From NCBI GenBank assembly GCA_032718475.1, contig JAUCBJ010007510.1, forward strand, positions 1 through 64,000: a stretch of DNA of 64,000 bases, in the 5' to 3' direction. The position numbers were made by a program, and so were the translations under genes. How positions within the stretch are numbered: position 1 is the first letter of the stretch; each line of letters begins with the position of its first letter. This document shows positions 15,561 to 27,420 of the stretch, piece after piece. The notes beneath the pieces were generated by a model. It did not search any database. It was not told the origin of the DNA and saw nothing but the letters and a program-made list of their open reading frames with translations. Source of the DNA: Nemertoderma westbladi. Lineage: Eukaryota > Animalia > Xenacoelomorpha.

Positions 15561-15744
15561 ACTCCCTTACCCCGCCGCCTTCTAACTTACTTACTTCTTC
15601 TAACTTACTCCTACTACTACTTACTATCTACTTCTAACTATTATTTAATTATTTTTATTTTTATTTTTAATTAAATAATTAATTTTTTGTGGGAAGGGCG
15701 TCTCGCCCTCATTCCCACCCCCCTCAGTCCAAAACCTTGGACGA

Positions 15745-16905
15745 CTAAACTCTAAGGTGCCCCTTCTTCCAGTTGGCACACTCCCACTGCCCTCCTATAT
15801 GTCCTCTTACTCTTTGCCACACCCTCTTCGCCAATTCCACCTGACCAGGGATTGGCTCTCCCCCTTTCACCACCCCAAGGTTGGGTCTCTCCATCGTCTT
15901 CTTAACTAGCTCGTCTCCTGGCATCAAATCCCTGCTGCCCCCCGCCGGCAGAACGAACCGAAAGTGAAAGAACAGGCAGAACAGAAGGTACAACAGTAGT
16001 CCCGTCCCCCTCCATCCTGCCTTCCTTCTCGACTTCCCCCTTGTCGGTATGCCTCCAACCCGGACCTGCGTCTCTTCCGGACACTCCTCTGGACACTCCT
16101 CCAGACACTCCTCTAGACACTCCTCCCGACACTCCTCCGGGCACTCCCCCGGAGTGTTGTCCTCCGGACACCTCGCCGTCCGCTCCGCTCCATCTCCATA
16201 CCGATGCTTGTTGGGAAACCTACTCTCCTCTGCCCACTTTCTTACTGTCACCTCCCTATCTGGCTCTACTATCTCCTGTTTCTCCTCTTCGTCCTCTGCG
16301 CCTGCGGTGCCTGGTAACATGCACCCTGATGTCTCTGTCACACTGCATGGGATCTTAGTTTTAACTGGGCCGCTAAGCATCCACCCGAACGGCGTGAGGA
16401 TCGCCGTCGGATCCCGCTGCCTGTCTTCGCCGAAGACCGTCTTCGTTCTCTCGTGGGCCGTCGGGCAGTCCATCCCTACTATAATGGACACCTTCCTAAC
16501 GTCCACCTTTGGTATTGAGAAATCGATACCGTCCAGGAATCTATATTGTTCGACCTCAATGTTGGTTGGTCGCCTGGCGTTGATGTTTATCGATTCTATG
16601 ACGTGGATGGGGTCGATCGTCGCCCCATAGTCGTATCCCGGTGCAATCGCTGCTATCCTGCACCGCCCCGCCCTCGTCTCCAGGACCTCATCTTTACTCG
16701 AGACGGTAGTCACCGCCATTCTGTTCGGCCTCGTCTTTAGCCCTATCTCTTCGGCCACCCAGTTCTCCACCAGCGTGAAGGCTGCTCCGCTGTCGACCAG
16801 CATTAATGTCGTTACTGATCGACCGCCCTCTCCTGATATCTTCACTGGTACTACCCCGAGTAGTACTTTTCTCTTCTTCTCCTCTTCTGTCGTGCTTGTG
16901 GCCAT
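15745..16905 (-). pseudogene. Element 1 ORF1 C-terminal part: BEL/Pao-type aspartic protease, frameshifted from gag
   Basis: Active-site motif LVDSGA, SIIVGMD and ILTPFGWMLSGP as in BEL proteases. The equivalent region is in frame with gag in element 3. Confidence 0.85.
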
Positions 16906-19184
16906 GCCTGGCCTCCAGTCTCGGACTCTCTAGCTGCTGTTTCTCTACACTCTCCGGATCTGTGTCCTTCTACCACACATCGATGACATAGTCCGTTTGC
17001 GTCTGTGTAGGCTATACGATCTTGTTTGGGCAACGCTTGCCAGTGCTTACAACTCCTGGTCTTATGTGTTCCGTCCCGGTGTAATTGACATTCGAATCCT
17101 GGATTATAGCGTTCCCTGTATAGTCCCTCACGTATCGCGCGTAGGTTTATATGTACCGATTTAGTGTTTTGGTTGTCTGTACTCGGCCTACTGGGTATAT
17201 TGGGATTGTGTTTATTTATGGTGTTATTTTCTTTCTGTCCCTGCCACGGTGTGGCCCTACTACCAGCTAACTGTGGACTAGCAGTCCCCTGTGTGGCCGC
17301 ATGTGGTAGTGACTGTCCTACTCTCGAGAATGGATCTGTCGGATTATGTTCGGGTTCAGGCCTGTTGTATTCGGTCTTTGGTGCCTTCCCCAAACTATCC
17401 TCACTATAGACTGGGTCTGTTATTAATTCGGCTTCATAGTTGAGGAAGCTCGACATCTCTTCTAGGCCCGGTTCCGCACCCTTCTTCTCCCGTGTGGAGA
17501 AGGCGATCTTCCTCCACTTCCTTCGTAACCAGATCGGCAGTGCCTGCGCTATCGTGGTGATGTTGTTAGACGCGTTGAGTTCGTATGGTGCGTCTAGCGT
17601 CTTTAACACGATTAACGCCTTCTCGACCTTGTTTGCAAAGGTCCTTATGCTAACGGGATTGTCCTGTAGGCCATCCGATGTTATGCCTCTCAGGGTTTGC
17701 CGGATGATCTTGGCCGGGTGCCCGTATTCCCTATCTAGCGCCCGCCATGCTGTCGTGAAGCCGCCCTCGATGCCCTGGTATTGCCTCACGATGTCGTATG
17801 CTGGGCCTCCTGTATATACTTGCAGATATTTTAGGCACTCCGCCTGCGTCAAGTTCTTACTTAATATTTCGTTACTATACATGCGCCGAAACTGTAGATA
17901 TTCTTCCGGCCTACTCCCATCGAATTTAAATGGTTCCACAGGTGGTAACTCGATCCTAGTTTTTAATGCATCGATCAATGTGGCCATTCCCATCGCTTGC
18001 GCTTCTAATGGGTTCGATGGATGTTGTATAGTTTCTCCTATTGGGTGCGGTCCGTTCGTCCTATCTGTTGTTGATTTTATTTGTTGCGTCGGATATATCA
18101 TTGGGGGTAACGGCCCCCTCCATATTTCCGTGTCGCATGATCTGTTCTCGTCCAAGGGGTTCGATGTTCTTGCTCCTATTGGGGTATATTGTTGATATTG
18201 TGATGGGGGAATGTCACCCTGTCCCCCTCCCACCGGTATGTTTGGTACTGGGGTTGATGTTAATATATTGGGGCCCATACATCTATCTGCAATAATTCCC
18301 CCCTCCCCTGGATATATGTTGTGTCCCTGGAAATTATAGTCATGCTGCTGTACCGGTACCGATATAGGCCTATTCACTTCTTGCCTACCTACCGGTATGT
18401 ACTCCGCGACTTCCGGGTTTAATCCCGTCGTCCGCGCTACCCTATCGCCTACTCTATCTCTCCCAGCATGGCCTATAATAGTATGTGCAGTAAGGCCTAC
18501 AGTATGTCCTGCAGTCTGCATGTGCCCTTCCGAATCGAAGTTTATTCTTCGCGAATCTCGAATCTCCCCGCGACTACCGTACTCTCGATCGGCAGCTATA
18601 TCCCGTCGGGAAGCTTCTCTTCGATCCCCTATCCTGCTCTCGTCTTCGTATCGGTACGTCCTGTACCCCTCTCTTGGTGTGCGGTGCGTTTCTCCGGGGC
18701 GACGGCAATCTCCCGAAGTTCGACCCCACTGACTCCCTACCTCCATCTCTACTATCGACGGCTCGCTATCCGTCCTCGCTCTCCGGTTGCTCCTAGCAAC
18801 GACTCTTCTATTATCTTCCTTTCTTCTCTCTTCGACCTCTCGGTTAAACTCTGCTAATCTTCTTCTATCTTCGACCTCTCTATTATACTCTACTAATCTT
18901 CTCCTATCTTCGACCTCTCTATTAAACTCTACTAATCTTCTCTCTTCTGACTGGGCTCGACGTTCCGTCGCCCGCCCTCTCGCGACGTCAACCTGTCTCT
19001 CTCTGCTCGATCGCACGCCGCTGGGGATACTCGCAATCCCCCTATTACTCTCCGTCGCCGGGTGTTGCGGTTTACCTAATTCGGCCCGCGCATTATCCGC
19101 CGACGCCTGTGGGACACTCCCTGCCCCCCCTCTCTCGCTACTAATCCCTCGCGGTGGGGTGCCCGTAGCCCCCCCCCCCCCCAC
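16851..19184 (-). CDS. gag: Element 1 ORF1 middle part: BEL/Pao-type Gag (DUF1759-like capsid region plus zinc knuckles)
   Basis: LPPVEPFKFDG..EYLQF, LKYLQVYTGGPA, AWRALDREYGHP; knuckles CQLHRDGTHKTRSC and CHRCVVEGHRSGEC. Confidence 0.85.
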   Translation of the reverse strand: MGGGGATGTPPRGISSERGGAGSVPQASADNARAELGKPQHPATESNRGIASIPSGVRSSRERQVDVARGRATERRAQSEERRLVEFNREVEDRRRLVEYNREVEDRRRLAEFNREVEERRKEDNRRVVARSNRRARTDSEPSIVEMEVGSQWGRTSGDCRRPGETHRTPREGYRTYRYEDESRIGDRREASRRDIAADREYGSRGEIRDSRRINFDSEGHMQTAGHTVGLTAHTIIGHAGRDRVGDRVARTTGLNPEVAEYIPVGRQEVNRPISVPVQQHDYNFQGHNIYPGEGGIIADRCMGPNILTSTPVPNIPVGGGQGDIPPSQYQQYTPIGARTSNPLDENRSCDTEIWRGPLPPMIYPTQQIKSTTDRTNGPHPIGETIQHPSNPLEAQAMGMATLIDALKTRIELPPVEPFKFDGSRPEEYLQFRRMYSNEILSKNLTQAECLKYLQVYTGGPAYDIVRQYQGIEGGFTTAWRALDREYGHPAKIIRQTLRGITSDGLQDNPVSIRTFANKVEKALIVLKTLDAPYELNASNNITTIAQALPIWLRRKWRKIAFSTREKKGAEPGLEEMSSFLNYEAELITDPVYSEDSLGKAPKTEYNRPEPEHNPTDPFSRVGQSLPHAATQGTASPQLAGSRATPWQGQKENNTINKHNPNIPSRPSTDNQNTKSVHINLRAIREGLYRERYNPGFECQLHRDGTHKTRSCKHWQALPKQDRIAYTDANGLCHRCVVEGHRSGECRETAARESETGGQAWPQARQKRRRREKYYSG

Positions 19185-19337
19185 CCGCTACTTCTAACTT
19201 CACTATCTCTTACTACACTTCTGCGTCCCTCTTGTCGGACACTCTCTACCCCCTTTCTCTCGCCACTAATCTTCTGTGGTGGGGCGCCCGTAGCCCCCCC
19301 CCCCCCCACCCGCCACTTCTAACTTCACTACCTCTTA

Positions 19338-20920
19338 CTACACTTCTACACCCCTCTTGTGGGGCATTCTCTGCCCCCCCTCTCTCGCCGCTAATCTCAT
19401 GTGGTGGGGCGCCCGTAGCCCCCCCCCCCACCCGCCACATCTAACTTCAATATCTCTTACTTCGTCTCTACACCCCTCTCTAGTCGACACACTGTCTCTA
19501 CTGCGGCCGGGTCTATTCACCCCCGCCTCTCTCTCTACTACTGCGTGGCCTACCAGGCCCACCTCGGGTTGGCTCAACCCCGCCACTTCCTGCCTACTAA
19601 CTACGTGGCCTACCAGGCCGCCGTCTGCCGGGCTATACACGTCTGACGCGTTCACATTAATAGCACCATTCCCAATATTATTTGTTAAATCAATTAAATT
19701 ATTAGAATTTGAAACGGGATTATTATTTAAATTATTTAAGTTAGAATTATTATTATTTTCAAAATTTAAATTGCTATTCGAATTATTTGAATTATTTTGA
19801 TTATTCTGAATATTTGAATTAATATTATTATTTGAATTTAAACTTAAATTACTACTACCGGGTAAGATATTTCCTGTAATAAAGGGATTAGGGTTATTTA
19901 CTACGGTACTATTAATACCAATATTTCCTAACGCACTACTACTACCCCCCCCCCCCCCCCCCCCGCCCGTACGGTTACTGTATGTACTGTACGTGTACCG
20001 CACGCTCTGTTCTCTTGCCTCACGCTCTTCGCGTTCACTCTCTTGCTCCTTCCTTCTCCCCATTATCCACTCTAATTTCTCTCTAGTTCTCTCTAATATC
20101 TCTCTAGTTTTTAATTCATATGCTGCCAGATTTATCTCCTGTACCCTTCTTTCTTTTGCGGAGGATGTAGCAGACTTATCGGTTGCGACGGACTCCCGCC
20201 GCCCCTCCGTCCTACTAACTTTCCCCCGCTTTCTGGGGTCCTCGCTGACCGACGAGGCCGAATCCTCGGAGCTAACCTCGGATTCGCCCTCGTGCGGTCC
20301 CGCCCAACCCACTAACTTAACTTCCCTGGCATCGACTAAGTATGGCCCTATGTACACTACACCAGGCCCCATACCCCTACGTTCCCATAGCCCAAACAGT
20401 TCGAAGGCAACCCCTCTTGCTCTCTCCTCGGCCAGTTCTCCCTGCCCAGAACGCACTAGGTAATCAAAGTATCTGTTCGACTCACCTAGTCGTCTCCTCA
20501 ACTTCACCTGGTCTATCTCAGCCCCTCCTCTAGCTTCCTTCAGTTGTTCCCGGGTCGCGGCGTAGGCTCGTCGGAGCCGGACGACCCCGACGTCCTCGTC
20601 GTCGACATCTCCTCTCTCCCTCCGGGTTCGACGTCGTACCGTCGGCTCCACCATTACCGTTCCGGTGGGCCGTTCGTCGCCCTCGGCCTGTGGCTGGCCG
20701 GCGACATCGGCATATCGACCGCCGCCCTGTGTCGACTCGTCTCTCTCCTCCCCCGTCTCGCTCTCTCCTCTACTCGACTCGCTCTCTCGCTGTAGACGAC
20801 CCCCCACATCTTGGTTCGCATCGACCGGCGTCGTGGGTCCGTATCGTCTCGCCGTGGCCTCGTGGATCGTTAGATCGCCGTCCGGGGTCCGCGGCGGTGT
20901 CGTTTCTCTCTCTCGACTTA
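19338..20920 (-). pseudogene. Element 1 ORF1 N-terminal extension (Arg/Glu-rich, poly-Gly, Asn-rich); start codon apparently mutated to ATA
   Basis: Homologous to 51272-53647, 39283-40878 and 28099-29711 (VYIGPYLVDAR, TDKSATSSAKE). Frame breaks fall at C-homopolymers. Confidence 0.75.
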
Positions 20921-21052
20921 TGTTATCTTGGGCAACTTTGGACCTCGTTACTGTTAGGGCAGCTGCTTGGTCTTTGTTACTGTTAGGGCAGCTGCTGCTT
21001 TGTTACTGTGTTACTGGCAGTCGCAGTCTCAGGCAGCTTGGGATTTTGTTAC

Positions 21053-21620
21053 TGTGACGGGATCGGTCGACCCCGATTTATCCGGTTTGGTTGTTTGCTT
21101 ACGCGTCCCCGCCGTGTGTAAAAGGAGTTATTGTAATTCTCCCGATGATGTTAATAATATATGTCGGTAAGTATATGATAATATGAGATAATGAGATAAC
21201 ACAGTTAACGATGGTAATAGGCCTAAGTATACAGCAGTACTGATGGATGATGGTGGCGACGACGGTAACAAAGTCACCGCTCTGCTGCTCTGCCCTGACT
21301 GCACTGAGATAACTGAGGTGAATGAATAGCACGACTGGTAATATATTGCACGGTTTGGCCTTATTACTGTACCTAGTCGATGCTGTCCCCCCATTGGCTA
21401 ATATCCCACTTCTCGCCCTTTCACCTTCCCTGGTGTGTTTCCCGTTGCCCCTGTTGTTCTCTCTCTGTTAGGGGTTTGGCCCCTGACCCTTATTGTGTGT
21501 TTCTCCTTCCCACTTTATTGGGGTGACACGAGGTTGATATTGGTAATCAACCTCGTGCTCCCAATATTGCTTTACGGTTTACTTTATGGGGTTTGGTGAG
21601 GCGGAATTGATTCGTTAACA
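21053..21620 (-). repeat. Element 1 5' LTR (568 bp)
   Basis: Direct repeat of 13815-14384, followed by TSD CATAC. Confidence 0.95.
21311..21400 (-). promoter_or_regulatory. Putative LTR Pol II promoter: CCAAT, TATA-like TATATTA and initiator TCAGTT (+1 near 21314)
   Basis: On the minus strand TATATTA starts at 21345, 31 nt upstream of the A of TCAGTT. Element 3 has the same spacing (TATAA at 41265, TCAGTT +1 near 41235). CCAAT lies near 21393-21397. Confidence 0.6.
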
Positions 21621-22977
21621 CATACGGATGATTTAGATCAGCAGAACTTCTGTGCAATATTTTATATTTGGGGCCCCATTGGATCAGTTATTGCATTTAG
21701 TTGCCCCTATAGAAGACTACTTCGTCTTCTTAATGCTTTATGACAGTATTATATCAGGCGCTGATCCAATGTAACCCCCCTTGTGTAACGGTTATAATGT
21801 TGTGCAGTGCATACATTTTACTTTATTGAGTTGGCCTGTAATCTATCCTAGTAAGTGATTTGTAGTGTAACTGCCAATGGGATTGCTTAGTGAGCAACCA
21901 GCTGGAGTGAATTGATTATCACATTGTTCTTTGTACATTTCTGCACATTTAAGGTGGTGTAGTTAGTATCCCGGCAGTCACTTAGAGTCATTTACGATAA
22001 CGATATTATTAGGTGTTTACCCGTTTATACTGGGAGCACAAATTCTTATGATTGTTATTCATATTATATTATTATTACAATATTCTATCTCTAATCTGAA
22101 TTCTCTTTTTTATAATTTGTTAACAACCATGTTGGGAGAGCTCCAACTGACTCGCCGAAAGATCCTTAGCCCCAATCTAGTTTCTGCTGCTAGCCGATCA
22201 ACTCAATTCTTTCCCTTTCAAAAAACTCACGAACCTAACGCATTCGTGTACAATAAGAATTTGTGTGCAGCGAATTGGTGCGTTCCATCTCGCCGAAAGA
22301 GTTGAAGTTTTGGATGCAGACTATCTGTTGGACTACGGATTTTCTAAAGGAGACATCGCATCTAAAGGTTGATCTTATCTATCTATTCACTGACTCTAGG
22401 ATGATTAGAGAAATTTCTTTATCAGGCTAAGTACCCGTTATTTATTACTTCGTGACTGAATGAAATTCTAACAGGCTACTAAACTCGATTCAGAAGTTAT
22501 TCTCGCTAACATTGTGTCATATGTTTTCCGGTCGTTAGGGACACATCGGGCAAACCGACGTTGTTTGTCCGCTGGTACTCTCATATCTGTAAACGAGGGA
22601 TTATAATCCCTAGCCTCACGAAATAATAGTAAAATAGTTACTTTTGGCTGTTTTTTTTTTAAGTTCTGCTGATCGTATTTTGGTACATTGGTTGAATGAT
22701 TTCGGCCAATGGTTTTATAATTTGTTAATATTCTCTGTCATAATTTTTGCAAGACGACTCATACTGCCCAGTGCAAAAACCATTTATATCCGGTCGGTTG
22801 TTTTAAGACAATTTTTACCCTGATCTTTCCGTATTGTAAACGGAATTATTATACCATTGGTGAGCTCTGTAAATAATTGGTTTAATTATTTTCAGGTTGC
22901 CTGCGGGTAATTTACCTTTTGTATGCTTTGTTTATTTTTAGGACTTTAGTATACTGCACATTTATTGCTACAAGAAA

Positions 22978-25900
22978 ATGTCAAGTCTTAATGTTGGTAT
23001 AGGACCTGGATCCCCAAGGAGTGGAGTGTCTCTGGTTGGTGACCCGTTGTTGGTTGGCGTCCCCATCGCTGACCTCACTGCGGTAAGTCATTCCGAGTTG
23101 GTGTCCGGCCACAAACCGTCCATTCCAGCACCAGCTGATATCACATTAAGTACAGCGGTCGCGTTGAAAAGGTCTCACTATCGGGGTGAGCCGTGTTATG
23201 ATGAGGGCCCGCGGCATGCCTCCATTGGTTCAGCAAACGGCCCCTTAACTCGCCTGAGGGGCAGCGGTACCCCCAGCTCAAACATGGTTGCTAGTGTGAC
23301 AAGTGTGGGTACCATAAACCGAGGTTTGGGACAACTCTATCGCCACCTGGAATCGGGGTGTGAGGAGATCAACAAAGCACGGGTAAGTTCCACTGTTGAC
23401 TCTGCCATTTTATACACACTGACACAGAAACTCATTGCCAGGTTTGTCAAGATTAAGGATCGTGTAACACAATTAGAGCGTTACTATATGAGTGTAATGG
23501 AACCAGTGAGGACTATGAACAGGTAACTTCTAAGTTTAATTATTATAGAGACTTGTACCATAAAGCTATTGAGACTCCAGCTCATTCTGTAAGTATCCAG
23601 GTCACTCCCCCTAGAGAAGTAATTAAAGCTATTACCCACCCGCCCTCAGAGGTACAGAATCTGCAAAGGACATCCGGTGAAGTATTAAACTCTAATTATT
23701 ATGGCCCGCCTGGGCCAGAACCGGTAGTTGGTGGCACCGCTAATTTAATCATCGATGCTTTAAATCCCAATAAGGTTAGTACTTACTCTGTGGGACATGG
23801 GGTCCCTAGGCAAAGACAGGTTAGTGTGGGGGGTGCATCACATTTGTCAGGTAGCTCCTCGAGCTCATCCAAAGTCCAGCGGCTCGCCGAAGCCAAATTA
23901 GCAGAACTAGAAGCATCCAGGCTCAAGAGACCCTTAGGCGACAGGAAATTGTTGACCGTGAACGCCATCGTATTCAAGTAGACCTTGAGGCTACACGAAT
24001 TTCGGAGGCTGGCCAAGAAACTATCTTGAAAGCCACAAAAGCAGCTGAGAAGGCTAAGGAACAAGCAGATGAAGAAACTAGGAAGGCAGAAGCACAGGCC
24101 ATCAAAGCTGTTGCTGAGGTCAAACGTGTAGCTGCGCCCAATGAACGTCTACAGGTACTAGAAAGTGCAGAGTTATGGTGTCGAGCGCAAAATGTCAGGG
24201 ACCAATGTAGAAGCCTCTAGTGCCTCTAGTGGCTCTAGAAGCTGACCCGACGCCATTTCTTGGGGATCCCAAGAAATTTGTGTCTTTGAAAAATCGCTTT
24301 ATGGCTCAAGTGCATTCGAAAGATGTCACTGATGACATCAAATTACGCTATTTGGTCACCTATGTTAAAGGTAAACCTCTGGACCTCATAGAGCATTTTG
24401 AGGGTATGACTAATGGATATCAGCTGGCATGGGAAACCCTAGAAAAGAACTATGGGAATCCGGCTTTAATAATTAAGGCTGTCATCGAGGATGTCACACG
24501 ATGTCGCTTTCCCATAGAAACACCTAGTGATGTAAGGAAGTATGCCCATGATGTGCGATGCACTATGGATGTGCCATGGACTTTAAATTGCCCATAATAT
24601 GTCAACAACCCCGATTTTATTCAGGGAGTAGCTGTGAACCTTAATGATAGGATGAGGTTACGGTGGGCGAGGAGAGTTACTAGGTTTAGACAGGACCGAG
24701 GAAGTGACCCAGGACTTAGACAGTTAGTGGCTTTCTTAGAAGAGGAATCTGACCTCCTAAACTGTCGTATGTATGGTAGGCCAGCCACTGAATCTATTCT
24801 CAGAGAAAGGATGGGGGACAAATTCCATGGTTTTGGGACAAAACCATTGCCATTAGCAGGTGACAAGTGTGACCGCCGGGCTACTCGCAATGTTCATCAC
24901 GTCCCGGAGACACCACGCTTCCCCTCAATCGACGGTAAACAACGGCTTATGACATCATTCCATGAGGAACATTGTGTAGGTCCTGAGGTTATGGAGGAAC
25001 CATCCTTTTCAGAAGCTAGCGGTGTAGATACTGACAACATTGATAAATTTTCCTGTGAGGCTTATGCAGTAAATCCACAGCATTCCTGCCAAATGTGTAA
25101 GGAGAATCATGGTTTATTTAACTGTCAGCGGTTTCGTGAAATATCTCCGAGGGCAAGGTGGGAGTTTGTAGTTGAACATAAGCTATGTCTGAGATGTTAG
25201 AGACGTGGACATTGGCGTGATGGGTGCAAAGCCCAGTTCCGTTGCAAGCAGTGTCAGCGACCCCATTCCTCACTGCTGCACCCCGAAAATTTTGAAACAA
25301 AGGACACTGATGAACGACTAAAAAACTTTTACGCGGCGAAACGAGATGATGCCTCTTCGAGACTAAAGGATTACTTACCAGATAAGGTAACACAGAGTAG
25401 GCCACCATATGGAATATATCAAAGAGTAACAGCTATGGCTACTTATATGATGGACCGCAGAGTCCAGGGGACAGATCAGACTGCTTTAGCTGCAGTATTC
25501 CTTAAGGTACTCCCTCTAGCGGTTTCAAATGCCGCAACAGGGGCAGTACTGACTACATTTGTGCTGCTTGATGACGGTTCTACAGGTACGTTTTTGGATG
25601 CCCATGTAGCGACGTGTTTAGACATGAACTTGCAGGCACTAAATATTTCAATTAATACTGTACTTACTAAGGATGAAACCAGAACAGTTATGCAGAGTAA
25701 CTGTCGAGTATCATCAGTAATGCCAAACACCGACATGGTTCTGGCGCTAAATGATGTGGTGGTGATGGACGGACTAAGTTTGAGGTATTCTAGACCGGGG
25801 TCGTGGTCTCTAGAACAACTGTCTTATTTGAGGGACATAGACCTAGCATATCCAGAAGTGGATGTTGACAAGATTTCCATGATTGTTGGCTTAAATAATC

Positions 25901-27420
25901 CGTTGGTGCACAAAAAACTTGAGGAGGTGTGGGGTCCAACAGATTACGACAAGTTGCACAATCCTCACGCAGTTAGAACACCTTTAGGTTGGACATTAGC
26001 AGGTCCCATTACATCAACTGTGGCAAACTCATGCTTGGGCCCGAATGAAAATTATAAGGCATCTGCTGATTCATCCCCTCGCATACGAAATTGCTCAGTA
26101 GCTCAACCTCTTGAAATATTAGGAGCATCAACTAATTTTGCTGACAATAAGGATAAAGTCTTTGTATATCATATAGACTGTTGTCCCTGGAGGGGAGACA
26201 ACAGAATGGACGACGAAATAACATCGGACTTGATGACTAAGTATTTTGACTCAGAAGCATTTTATTGTCCATCTAAAATGCAGACCAAATCAGTAGAGGA
26301 TCGCAGGTGTGAGGAAATTTTAGACGCCACTACAACCCTTGTTAACGGACACTACTCTGTAGGTATGCTGTGGCATGATGCTAACAAACCATTAATCAAT
26401 AATAAACAACTTGCTATTTCCCGATTACGTTGGATTAAGCGAAAGTTAAAGGGTATGCCCGAGGAACATAAAACGTACCAGGAAGCTCTACATGACTATG
26501 AAATAAAGGGTTATGCTCGTAGGTTATCAATGGAAGATAAATTAGCACCAGACGGACCAAGGAAATATTATGTCCCTACTCATCCTGTTTGGAATCCAAA
26601 TAAGCCAGGTAAACTGCGCATAGTTAACGATGCAGCCGCCACAAATCGAGGTATGAGTTTAAATAGTGAACTTATGGAAGGACCTAACAATTATAACTCG
26701 ATCCTGGATGTTCTACTTAGATTCAGGGAACATAGGTTTGTATTTGCATGTGATGTAGCCAAGATGTTTCATCAGGTTAGGACTCCTCCGAGGGACTCTC
26801 AATCTCGGAAAATCCTATGGTATGAAGGTGATGTTGAACCAGCCGATTTTAGTGGATATATTGTTTATCAGATGCTAGTTAGCATGTTCGGGGCCAAGGA
26901 CTCTCCTTGTAGGGCCACCCATGCATTACGTAAAACAGCACTAGATAATGTAGCATTGTTTGACGACAAAATAATTAAAGCAATAATACATAACTTTATT
27001 ACTCAATATTATGCCAATATTACTCAAGGGTAAGCAATTTATAAAAAAATTATGGAGTCAGAAACTGGCATGGGACACAAAACTAGACATTAATCTAGAC
27101 ACAGAGTGGAATGCTTGGTATGCGAATCTGCCAGTACTGGCGAAGTTAGAGATTCCGCGTTCATATTTTTATGGCCAAGTTAGAGACCCTACAGACATCT
27201 ACGAACTACATCACTTTTGTGACGCTAGTAAAGTTGGTTACGGTTGCATATCTTACATTAGACGAGTACAGAGATTGGGGGACATAACATGCGCTATGGT
27301 GCACGCTAAGACTCGGACGGCTCCAATCAAACAGGTTGATATCACAAGGTTAGAGTTGCAGTCAGCACTACTTCTAGTCCGTAGTCACAGACAGATAATT
27401 AATGCACTCACATTACCGTT
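22978..27420 (+). pseudogene. pol: Decayed BEL/Pao retrotransposon gag-pol (Gag, three zinc knuckles, PR, RT, RNase H), truncated by element 2
   Basis: Gag FLGDPKKF..LRYL..AWETLEKNYGNP; knuckles CQMCKENH..C, CLRC*..H..C and CKQC..H..LLH; PR LLDDGS; RT NPNKPGKLRIVNDAAA, DVAKMFHQV and FGAKDSP; RNase H LHHFCDASKVGYG, AKTRTAP and RLELQ. Multiple stops and frameshifts; the YVDD segment is deleted near 27000. Confidence 0.92.

Larger units (their letters stand above)
13815..21620 (-). mobile_element. Element 1: complete non-autonomous LTR retrotransposon (BEL/Pao-type gag-protease; no RT/RH/IN; no ORF2)
   Basis: Near-identical LTRs at 13815-14384 and 21053-21620 with TG..CA ends. TSD CATAC at 13810-13814 and 21621-21625. 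A minus-strand PPT GGGGGGGAG at 14385-14393 fixes the orientation. Confidence 0.95.

Noticed and set aside
14909-15674. Plus-strand ORFs of 82-234 aa
   Set aside because: They are products of the tandem hairpin array, low in complexity and not shared with other copies.
17440-18195. Antisense ORFs over gag and protease (also 34954-35907, 42717-43277, 55692-56675, 57675-58160)
   Set aside because: Shadow frames of the real ORF, with variable ends and no motifs.
21770-22300. Possible 5' LTR and tRNA-Gly-like PBS (TGGTGCGTT at 22276) of the decayed BEL element
   Set aside because: There is no second LTR for comparison, the match is only 9 nt from memory, and it is not preceded by a CA terminus; boundaries cannot be supported.
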